Shown here piece after piece: positions 53,892 through 64,000 of a stretch of 64,000 bases of DNA. Numbering within the stretch: position 1 is the first letter of the stretch; each line of letters starts with the position of its first letter. The stretch lies in assembly GCA_964016885.1 (NCBI GenBank), contig OZ024743.1, forward strand, positions 32,860,001 through 32,924,000, given 5' to 3'. A program made the translations under genes and the position numbers. The DNA comes from Eledone cirrhosa. Its lineage: Eukaryota. The notes below the pieces were generated by a model. The model saw only the letters and a list, made by a program, of their open reading frames with translations, was not told the origin of the DNA and did not search any database.

Positions 53892-54599
53892 ACACTGGGA
53901 CTGTCTAAACAAATGCAGTTAAATAATATTATCAAATCTAGTCAATGAACTGCTTTAACCTTGCTATTGAAATTACCAGTATTTTAAATGTTTCAGACAA
54001 AAGTCTAGGTTTTTTGCTAAATTTTCACTTAGAAAAGAATCAATGTTTGTTTTAAATTAATAAATCTAAATAGTGAAAAGTGGACATTATAATCAATAGG
54101 TGTTGCAAATCTACAAATTATACTTTTTGAAGTTAGAAACATATATATGTAATAAACTGTATTATACAAATTCTATGTATTCAAGCATAAACATATATAT
54201 TTCAAATGTTAGGCACACTTATAAAAAAGAAAATTATAAAATGAATTAAGTTAAAACTATTATAGATATTTTGTCTCTGTGATTAAATTATACATTTAAA
54301 GTTAATATGTACAAATCCTGCTATGGACTTTGTATTGTTCTGTGAAACAAGAAACACTTCTGTTTCATGCTTAATGCATGGTTGAATAATTGCCATCAGG
54401 AAGAGCATTCAGCTGTAAAATAACTTGTAACAATTAATGCAAATTTACTACAACACACAATTCATGCTGTCATGATAAGATAAATATAAATTATTTTAAA
54501 ACAGATATGTATTGGTAAATAAATAGATTATATATAACACATGAGAGATTCCCATGAGTACAGAGTCCCATCATATAAATGTATTACTGTGGGATATAT

Positions 54600-57000
54600 T
54601 TTATTTAATTATCTTTCAGTGAAACATTAAGATTATATTATTATGTTAGATTGGTAGTTCTGAAAATTTGACTCGTTTCCTCTAATCTGTTGTTAGATAT
54701 TGTTACACTTTACTCAGAAAAACAGTGACACTTCTGCCAGGGTTTGCGACCAACAAGTAGCATCATTAATGGAAATACCAATCAAAATGCAATTTTCTTT
54801 GTTCAATCTGATGCTGCATTTCTTCGTTTTTTAACTCTTGGATTTCTTTAAGCTATGTTAACTATGGTTTGTTGGCTTTTAATATACATATCATTCATTT
54901 AATATTATTATGAGTATAGGTAAGCTCCTGTCAAACGGAGGCAGGTAATCAATATTTTGCATTTTAAAACATGTCCATTACATCCCAGATGTCTACCTTC
55001 TCTACTTCCTTAACTAAGAAATATTATTTAATCTTCTAAATTAATATTTCACATAAGCTGGTTATTCCTGGCTTCTAACTTCAGCTTTTATAAGTCTTTA
55101 CTATCTTTTAGATTCACTATAGTATTCTTTTGAATATAAAACCTACAATGAGAGCTAGGTGACATATTTCGATTAAAATATTCATTACTCTAAACTTTTA
55201 GTATAGTATGTTTTTGCTGATTTTTGCATAACACTTAGTTCATTAGTAATTTTAGATGAATACATAGTCTTCTTAAGTTACTACAATGTCTCTTCTATAC
55301 TCCCTAACCAAGTTTTCTACATTAAAATAGAGTATCAACCTTCTCCTTTGCTACTCTCTAAAAGAAGCAATATAGATTGCATGATACTAATCTATAAATG
55401 TATAACCATTATAAACATTTATTCTTATTCATTTTATCTCAACCTTCTAAATTTGTCTTTTAGTTTTGATTATGTTTTCAAAAATCCCATTATCATATTA
55501 TCATATATCTCTTTTTTCATGGTGTAATCTTTTGACATTCTAAATTGTTCAATTTGTGTTAATATTAGGGTTACATAAATGTACCCTAAGATATCTGTAC
55601 AACTTTTATTCAAGTCAAGTTAAATTTATATATGTATAGCTGAGTATCATTATGTCTACATTTCATATGACTATATTTATCTGCAATTTAGATGCATATT
55701 AAAAAAAACACATTTAGTTAGGCCCCTCATTATTTCCGTTTAGATGGTAGTGCACTCTGTATTAATAGAAAAAGCAAAGCAATTTTCAAAGCAGCTGCAA
55801 TATCAAAAGTAAATAAAATGTAAAACTTAAATTACTTCATAATCAATAATAAATAATTATGGCCAAGTAGGTTTGTAGTTATTGCTGCTATATACCATCA
55901 TCTTAAATTTGTTATTCTTATTAGCCACCACTTTTGTTATATTCTTAAAATATTTGATTGACTGCTTCAACATTGCCTGCAGATATCAGTTTTTACTTTA
56001 ATGCATTGGTAAAAAGACATTATTTATCTGACATGTTTTAATGCTTTAATATAATTATAAGTTCTACCATTATTTTCATATAACTACCCATACATAAATA
56101 TATACAAAGGCATATTTACTGGTGTGATTGAGTGCAGAAGGATGTTATTGACATTTTAATGTTAACTCATAAGATCAAATATTGATGCATTAACATTCAT
56201 CTGATAAAAAGCAATAGAGCTACTATTTCAAATATAAATGCTTGTGACCAGTCACAACATGAACAAATATAAATGTATTAAATTAGGTCTTATTTAATCA
56301 TGATAAACTTGAATAGAAATAAAATTACATATAATATATTCCAATGTCATTTATGCATGTATTTTGTATGGCATCTTCCTGTATAAATCTTTTTGCAAAT
56401 ATCTATTTTTGTGGTGAATATTCTTTTATTTCATTTTCTGACTATTATTGATTTTTAATCCATTTTTATACATGTTATTTTCTGTTTTATTCAATCTCTT
56501 CTTAATTTTTCTGTTAGTGTTATTTGTTTGCAATTGCTACCAATTATTTCCATTATTTCCTTCTTTTTCATTCAAACCCAGAAAGATATAGGAAGAAATA
56601 TTAAAATTCCAGTTGACATTAACCAGCTCCTAGTACTTGTCCACACACATTGTATATTTACCCTAACAGCTGTTTTGGTTTTTCACCCTTTTGATTTCAA
56701 ATCTCTTTTAATGTCTGATTTTTAATACTAGCTAAAAGCCTTGTTGGTTTCTCTCTGTAACACAAAATCAGATTGCATGTCTGTTAAAAATGTTTATCAC
56801 ATTTAATTCCAGACTTTTAAAAATTATAAGTTCTAGTTTCTAATTTATTCAGGACTACATACATAGCTACTTCATAGAATGACAATATCTTTCAATAAGA
56901 TTTATTTTAATGGGCTTACCATCCATGAAGGTACAAATTTCTACTTTATCTTTTTTGCATCTTATTTGAATCTCCATGCATTATGCTTCATATATTTGAA
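54600..57000 (-). mobile_element. Ancient Gypsy-type pol fossil
   Basis: Weak ordered remnants: xDD (~55895), LTKCVF, ESSKGEG..IL (DAS region), YAKISKNIL (YAxxEKELL). Confidence 0.3.
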
Positions 57001-57844
57001 GAGCAAAGCTTATCCATAAAGCATTCTATATATGTGGTTAGGGTTGTGAGTTCGATTCTTGGCACATTGTGTCATTGAATAAGACACTTCCATGCTGAAT
57101 CTCCCTGAGAACTATATTAAGAGTGTACGTGTCTGTGGAATGCTCAACAACTTGCGTGTTAATTTCATGAGCAGGCTGTTTCATTGATTCAATCAGTTGG
57201 AGCGATTGTCAAAAAAGATAAAATTCCAACAACTCTCAAACTGTAGCTTAAAGACTATAAACAGAAAAGAAATTTAATCAAATTCAGAGAAAGAAAAATC
57301 AAATAAAATTGTGTTTTACTGTTGCTTGATATTAGTTTATTAACTGTATTTACACAATTTTTGTTTTGTTTTGTTTTTTTGTAATACAACTACTATAATG
57401 GTTTAGAGACTTTAAAACTAATTTTCGTATTCTTTGGATGTTCAGCTTTAACTCGTTAGTCTGTTATCTGTTCTGATTCTACCCATCCTTCCTTTGGCCC
57501 TCATTATGAGAAATGTATTTTCTAGTAAAAATGCCCTTAAGAGAGACTGTTCAAGTATACAGCTAGCTCATGCCAGTTTTGAAATATGATTTACAGTACT
57601 ATAATGATTCATAGCAAGATATCATTATAAGATATCCAATAAACAATACTGAACTATTAAACAAATATTAGCTTTATATGTTTTATTCATTCAACAACGA
57701 AGTGGATTGTCTTCATGTCTTAATAATTGCCATGGACATTCATTCGCATATTGTTTTTAGCAATATTTTAAAATCATAACTTTGAGGTGCTGTAAAGTAG
57801 CAGAACAAGTCAGTACTTCTTCAAAGCACTATATCAACTACAGT

Positions 57845-58110
57845 GAAGGCATGTGACATAGTGGCTAGGATGTTTGGCTCATGGTCATAAGGTTCTGAGT
57901 TTAATTTTTGATAGTATGTTTTATCCTTGAGCAAGACACTTTTTCATGTTGCTCAAGCCCTTGCAGTTGGCAAAAATGAGTTCTGTCTGTAATTCAAAGG
58001 GCTCACATTGTCATACAATATGTAATACTGAATACCCCTGAGAACTACATTAAGTATACATGTATATGTGGAATGCTCAGCCACTTGCAAGTTAATTTTA
58101 TGAGCAGACT
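57845..58110 (+). mobile_element. tRNA-derived SINE (related copy at 57030-57210)
   Basis: Head and core CCTTGAGCAAGACACTT; tail CCCTGAGAACTACATTAAG...GCTCAGCCACTTGC. Confidence 0.7.
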
Positions 58111-58163
58111 GTTAGATTGTTCCAGTTTTTAGAACAATATAACAATCTTAGAACCCCACCAAA

Positions 58164-58334
58164 TTCTTCTACTCAATCTTTGAGAAACTTAAATGGATCC
58201 AAAATGGATCAAATCTGAACATTCAACATCAGAACCAATGAGGGTTAAGTACATTGTAGTATTTTTGATGTTACTCAGTTCTCATTTGATCTACCTTGGA
58301 TCCATTTAAGTTTCTCAAAGATTCAGTAGAAGAA
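58164..58334. mobile_element. MITE-like inverted repeat
   Basis: TTCTTCTACT.AATCTTTGAGAAACTTAAATGGATCCAA / TTGGATCCATTTAAGTTTCTCAAAGATT.AGTAGAAGAA. Confidence 0.7.
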
Positions 58335-58389
58335 ATTCTTTTTTGCTATCTTTTACCTGTTACCTTATAGTGGTAAACAAAGTATCTAA

Positions 58390-58612
58390 AATAATTGTTT
58401 TTACTTTAGGCACAAGGCCAGCATTTTTTTTTGGGGGGGGGGGTCAATTAAATTGAACCCAATACATTACTGGTACTTTATTTGTTCGACCCTGTAAGGA
58501 TGAAAGGCAAAGCTAACCTCGGTGAGATTTGAACTCAGAACGCAAAGGGCCATAACTCGATGCTGCAAAGTAGGTTATCCAGTGCACTACCAATACAGCC
58601 AATTCACCACCC
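58390..58612 (-). mobile_element. SINE family B variant
   Basis: GGCACAAGGCCAGC...CTGGTACTTT...GGATGAAAGGCAAAG. Confidence 0.8.
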
Positions 58613-60310
58613 TCAAAGTATCTAAAATAATACACTAAACATACTACTATAGTTTCAAGTATTACAGTGTAAATACAATGTAGAGGTGCATTCATATTAT
58701 TTTCCAAGATATTAAAATAATAAATGAAATAATTACAACTAAGAAAAACAAATAGGTAATAATTTCTCTCTGTCTTGCTACAAAACACTGTACTTTCTAT
58801 ACTTAATGATAATTATGTTCTAATCTATATCAGAGTCAATATTCAACCATAGACACATTTCACACTTTACAAATTGACTAACAAATGTGTTTCATCTACT
58901 TTCTATAATAAGTGACAACAACGCATGTGCATGGGGCTCACATGATTTCACATAATTTTCTACTATTAGTAATTAACATAACAATATAAGACAATTATAA
59001 AATATTCAATACTGTATTCACTACGCAATAAAGAAAGAGCATTTAGAGGAAATGTTAAAATGTAATTTATGAGTAAAACAAAGCCTAGAAATTAACAGCA
59101 CAAAATATAATAAAAAGATGCAGTAATTTTTTATTGTTGAAACATATTGTAATAGTCAAGCATTCTTCTTGTTTTTGTTTGGGGACCTGGAGGTGGTTGT
59201 TAGGATTGTTTGTTGTAGTTGTATTAGGGGCATGAATTAAGATGTCATCATCTGTTTCCAAAATTATTTATATCATTATTGTATTAATAGTATTTGCTTA
59301 AGTGACAAAAATGGCAAATATTGAGTTTCAGATTCAGGTTCTAGAGATAAATAAGTTGTTAAGATTGTATTACACCTCCCTATAGCAAATTGAATTGGAA
59401 CATTGTGGTACTTGTGGTAGGAGAATATTTAGTCACTACATCTTTTCAACTAATGGGTCAATTCTCATAGTCAAACAGTTATTTATAATAAATCATCTGG
59501 TCATTTTAATGTAAAGTTAGCTCTTTCCTTACCATATTTCTAATAAAATACACTGTCAGTGTGTTCCAATAAACTTTGAAAGTAATAAAAAATGTTGAGA
59601 ATTTATTAAAATATCAAATTTTGTAAGCTCATGTTTGGAACTTTATTTCTCAAAAAGTATTTACACAAAATTATTATGGGCAGCTTTAATGTTAGTATGA
59701 AAACATTAAAACAGTCAGTTTTATATTGTAGAACCGGGGCAGTTTCAGATGGGTTGGTATCAAAACAGTGAAACATTAGGCTTTGAAGTGATTTTATATA
59801 TAAAGTTTTAGAGGGCAAAGATTTGATATCCATTAAATTAAGTGAGAGCTCTTTATCCCATTGTTTTAGTTATTTACATCAGATGTTACTGAGTAGTTTT
59901 CGATAACACTCCATTCTATCATTCATTTTGTCAATTTGATGGTGGATGTTAAGGTTTTCTTGTCATATGAACCTTTCATGAAATTAAAAATTCCCAAATT
60001 TCAGTGTTTTCAAGTTAAGCATCTTGAGATGAAAATGAAATTTATTTATTTCACCTATGTAGATTCAACTGGCTTTCTACGAGGTTACATCTCATATGAA
60101 GTTTCTTGTTTGTTTTAATCATTATGGCCCCAGTCTTACTATGGAAAGCAATGTGAAATGAAGTATTTTGCTCAAGAACACATTTATCACTCAGTTCAGG
60201 AATTGAACCGACTTTATGATTCTGAGTCCATTAGGCCTTGTGCCTTTATTTGTTAATATAAAAACTCATTTAGTACTGTCAACATTGCTTGTTTGAAATT
60301 TTGTCAAATA

Positions 60311-60689
60311 TGGAGGCACATGGCTTAGTGGTTAGAGCAATCGAAAGGTTGTGAGTTCAATTCTCAGACCGGGTGATGTGTTGTTTCCTTGAGCAAGACA
60401 CTTTATTTCACATTGCTCCAGTTTACTCAGCTGTAGAAATGAGATGATAGGGACTGGGGTCCCTATCATTCCACTGCAAAGTGGACATGTAGGTTCCATG
60501 GCAAAAAAGCACTCAGCCCACACTGTAAAGTGGACGTGTAGGCGCCACAGAAAAAAAGCACCCAGCACTCACTGTAAATGAGGTTGGTGTTAGGAAGGGC
60601 ATTCAGTTGTAGAAATCAAGCCAGAATCAGTTCCCGTCCCACCCTTGCAAGCAGGGAAAAGCAGACGTAAAATGATGATGATGATGATG
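60311..60689 (+). mobile_element. Full SINE family A with RTE tail
   Basis: tRNA head, core, 3' part nearly identical to RTE 3' UTR 9680-9800, (GAT)n tail. Confidence 0.9.
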
Positions 60690-61119
60690 TTATTAAATTG
60701 CCGATCAATCTATGCAGTAGATCTAGTTAAATGTGGATGCTTACCTTTAAATCCAATCTGAAATCAACGTAATTATGATAATGTAAGGATTCCCAAGATA
60801 GCAGAAATCAGATATTCCATAGAAAACAAAAATTTCAGTTACTTATCACAATTGTTCACTTCAATGTTTAAAATTGATTTTTCAATTATGTTAAGCTTGT
60901 GTCCATCAATAGATCTCGCCTTTTGATATAATTTGAACTATGATTTAATACCAAGTTATTTTGTAACATCTTTGCAAATCAAACAATTCACTACCACTAT
61001 CAATAAACTACTGCTGATTGTGCTCATTTACAGTGCCAAAAAACATTTTCATTTTGGTGTTTGATAGAATAATACTGATAGCATTAGTTTTCAAAATAAC
61101 TTTACAAAATATCTTAGGA

Positions 61120-61441
61120 CACCACAGTCAGTGACTCTTTTGCTCCCTCCCACATCATGGATGCTGCCGTAAATGTGAGGGTCACTGCTTCTGTCACCAA
61201 ACCAAATAAAATACTAAAATACCGGGAACTATCAAATAACTATTTGTTTCAGCCTGTGGCATTTGAGACATTTGGTGGAGCTGCGCTGTTGACAGCAAAG
61301 TTCTTGTCACCATTGGTGGCTTGCCTTACCAAGTTGTCAGGTGATGCCCTTGAAGGTGCCTGGTTATTTCAGTGCCTTAGCCTCACCATCACCCAGGGTA
61401 ATGCTGCCATCATGTTGACTTGCTTCAAAATTTTCCATTAA
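61120..61441 (+). mobile_element. 3' fragment of CRE-like non-LTR retrotransposon (restriction-like endonuclease)
   Basis: KILKY...FQPVAFETFG...LFQCLS...QGNAA. Confidence 0.8.
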
Positions 61442-62556
61442 CCCTTCTGGTGTACGGCCAGTTACCACACTTGGTGGTGATTTTCATTGTTTTGTTTTTT
61501 CACTTAGATCATATATGTTTTTGTGCATTATATCTGTGTGGTTCCTAGCAATAATTAATTGTATTTATTATATGAGTTTATATTTGTTTCTGTAAGAATT
61601 ATAAACAATTTGATGTTATTTATACAACTGTGAATAATAACATAAAACATTAGTTTATAAGTAAAAAATAACATCTTATCATCTTACAATTAAGATATTG
61701 TTACCAGCAACAGGACATTCTTTTATAACCATGCAATATTTTTGATCCACCCAAAAAACAATTATTTGCCTAAATTGAAGTTGATTTCTCCACAGCAACT
61801 ACATAATATTATGACCTTTCATAGTAATGCTGTTTATACTCTTCTACTTGGATTGTGGAAATGGCTTCATGCAAGTAAAGGTTTGCTAAAACGAGGAAAG
61901 CAATAGTAAATGACATTTTGATCAGCTTCTCTGTTTAGTCCTTGGTAAAAAGCATTTTTAATAGCCTCACCTACAAATTATATTGGAAACGTAAAAAATG
62001 TTGATATTTGACCAAGTTTCTGTTTCAGTGAATATAGCCTTACATATTCACTGAATATTTTTTGCTGCAAGTAAATTTAGATGTAATGAAATGTTCACCC
62101 TTGAATAGCATGTAATGACATCTTCAGTCTCCTCTTTTGTAATTTTAGGCCATTCTATTTAACTGTTTGCTGTATCTCCCGGACTTAACAGAAATAAATC
62201 TATTTTATTGTTCTCGTTTACTTTCATAAGATATCTTTCAAAGTGGATAATAAATTTATCAAAGGCAGAATTATCTTTTAGCCTAGGAGGGTTGAATTTT
62301 GTTGATGACATTGTTGACTATATAGTAACTTCTGAAGTGTGAAAATCGTTGTAATCTATAATCTCAAGGAGTTGATATCCAACCACATACAGATATTATC
62401 TTCTAGAAGTAGGATCAGGTATGCTTTTTTAGTAGTTATTCTCTTGAAAAATAGTTTCATTGTTTATGTGGTCCTATATGGAATATGTCGGGGGAAAATA
62501 AGATGGTGAAGAAATAGAGAGAATGTGACGTCCGAACAAGTATCCTCTACTTCCAA

Positions 62557-62880
62557 CTAACTTACCCTATGCTTCTGGGTCCCAGGCAACAGGATGGAGA
62601 ATGCATTGCCCTGAAGGATAGTGAGAAAGATACTCTGGAACAGCCACTCCACCTCATGGTGCTTGCACTCACAGGCAGGCATCTCCACTCCAATAGCAGT
62701 GAGTAGGGATTTGGTCCAGGGACCAAGAATGCTGGAATTCTCCACAGCTGCAGGCTCTACCACAAACCTATATGCGAGTGGCTGATACTTAGACAGTTTA
62801 CCCTCTTCAGCTTGGCAGCCAGCAGAGCCTGGGTTGGCAGCCGAATGCACCAGACTGCCACTCGAGAAGTTGTCATCTAA
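62557..62880 (-). mobile_element. Second CRE-like restriction-like endonuclease fragment
   Basis: AEEGKLSKY...PAAVENS...LFQSI...QGNA. Confidence 0.78.
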
Positions 62881-63627
62881 TGAAATCATTTCATTCACTT
62901 TTTATAAGTCAAGCATGCATTGATATAGAACTCTGATGATCTCACATAATTCTACTGTTAGTCATTATCTTAAAATACAAGACAATTATAGAGTATTTAA
63001 CACTACAACACTACAAATGATAACAATGATAAATGAGAAACATATAGTATTTCACATTCACCATCAATCAAAAAAATACTATTAACTAATATTAGTTGTT
63101 AGACAAAAGAAGTATATCATATCCATTTTTAATGAATATATAGCTAAGCCCTGTTCAGTGTTGGAAGTACAGATGAATTAAGAAGTATTTAATTAGTTTA
63201 CAGTGCTAAGTTTAAGCCAAATAGGGCTGACATGGCAACTGAAAGCCACTTCATTATTCAAATAAAATTGCAAAGCACACTGAAATCTAATGTTTTTCGT
63301 TTACTTTGCCATTTTATCTTGACCCAGATTAAGATTATGATCAATGTGTGAAGGTTGGTGAACTGCAATCCATTTTGTGGACTACCATGTTAATATTTCA
63401 CTCTAACATGAGAGATTTCACAGCAATGATAATACTGAAATATAGATTTGGTGCACTGAGATGGAACAGTTAAATGCTATCTACTTCATTTCAAACAGTT
63501 GCTGTGGGGAAGGATTAACAAATTGAGAAACACAAAATAGGCTAGATTAAAAGCATTGATCAAAACCCCCATTTCTTGGCTGTAATTTACATAGCAACAA
63601 TGTATATATATATATATATATATATAT

Positions 63628-64000
63628 ACAGGGTGCGGATGATATTGTTCGCAAGATTACTGTCTAGGAAAAAATAACTCAGCAGTTTTATTTTTTAAGA
63701 TATATTTATCAAACTTGGGTCAGTTTGTCTTCATGACTTGTTCTTTCGACTTCACTCGATAAACCCGCCATTGGCTTTGATGACGGCCTCAAGGTGGTCT
63801 CGGAACCGGCTACAGGCCTTCATCACTGTCCCCCTAAAGGCACTTGTGATCCTGGTCTTCAGATCGTCTTTCGTATTGCAGCTAGTTCTGTTGGTGTCTC
63901 GTTCCACTGCGCCCCATGCAAAGAAGTCGAGGTGAAGTGTGGTCGACGAAGTTCTCTGACAGCCAGGCTTGGGTCTTTCGGCTGGTGTGGCAGGGCGCTG
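63628..64000 (-). mobile_element. 3' end of a Tc1/mariner transposon, maT/DD37D-like; continues beyond the window
   Basis: TA-CAGGGTG terminus; SAPCH...TQAWL, DFFAWG, ACSRFRDHLEAVIKANGGFIE*. Confidence 0.8.

Larger units (their letters stand above)
59800..62310 (-). mobile_element. Ancient Gypsy LTR element fossil (gag, protease, integrase core), interrupted by later insertions
   Basis: gag MSSTKFNPP...FERY, RLYSLKQ, AFYQGL and a CCHC remnant (61700-62310); protease FIDSGSE...AILG (60780-61040); integrase P*HPPSN*QNE* (~59920-60030). Confidence 0.6.

Noticed and set aside
53832-53921. ~30-bp inverted repeat around a TA tract
   Set aside because: Real but too short to classify as MITE or fold-back; no hammerhead or tail seen.

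Overview
Eukaryotic, very AT-rich DNA saturated with repeats. The repeat repertoire (PHD-bearing RTE LINEs, tRNA-SINEs, abundant (TA)n) suggests an octopus/cephalopod-type invertebrate; this is inference. No host gene exon could be supported. The window holds young RTE LINEs (two near-identical copies with open ORFs), a second RTE-clade family, several SINEs, mariner/maT remnants, CRE-like endonuclease tails, ancient Gypsy fossils and two Penelope-like (PLE) GIY-YIG fragments. The most striking signal lies at about 14-48 kb. About a dozen insertions from different families sit inside (TA)n tracts and share one fold-back layout: an inverted partial copy, a sense copy and a unique 3' tail. Most carry a minimal type I hammerhead ribozyme-like fold, several with non-canonical cores. 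Several also share an ACTC...GAGT stem in the tail. One non-coding family appears as circularly permuted ~470-nt units, resembling a retrozyme/circular RNA. All alignments, translations and RNA folds were done by eye, so coordinates are approximate.
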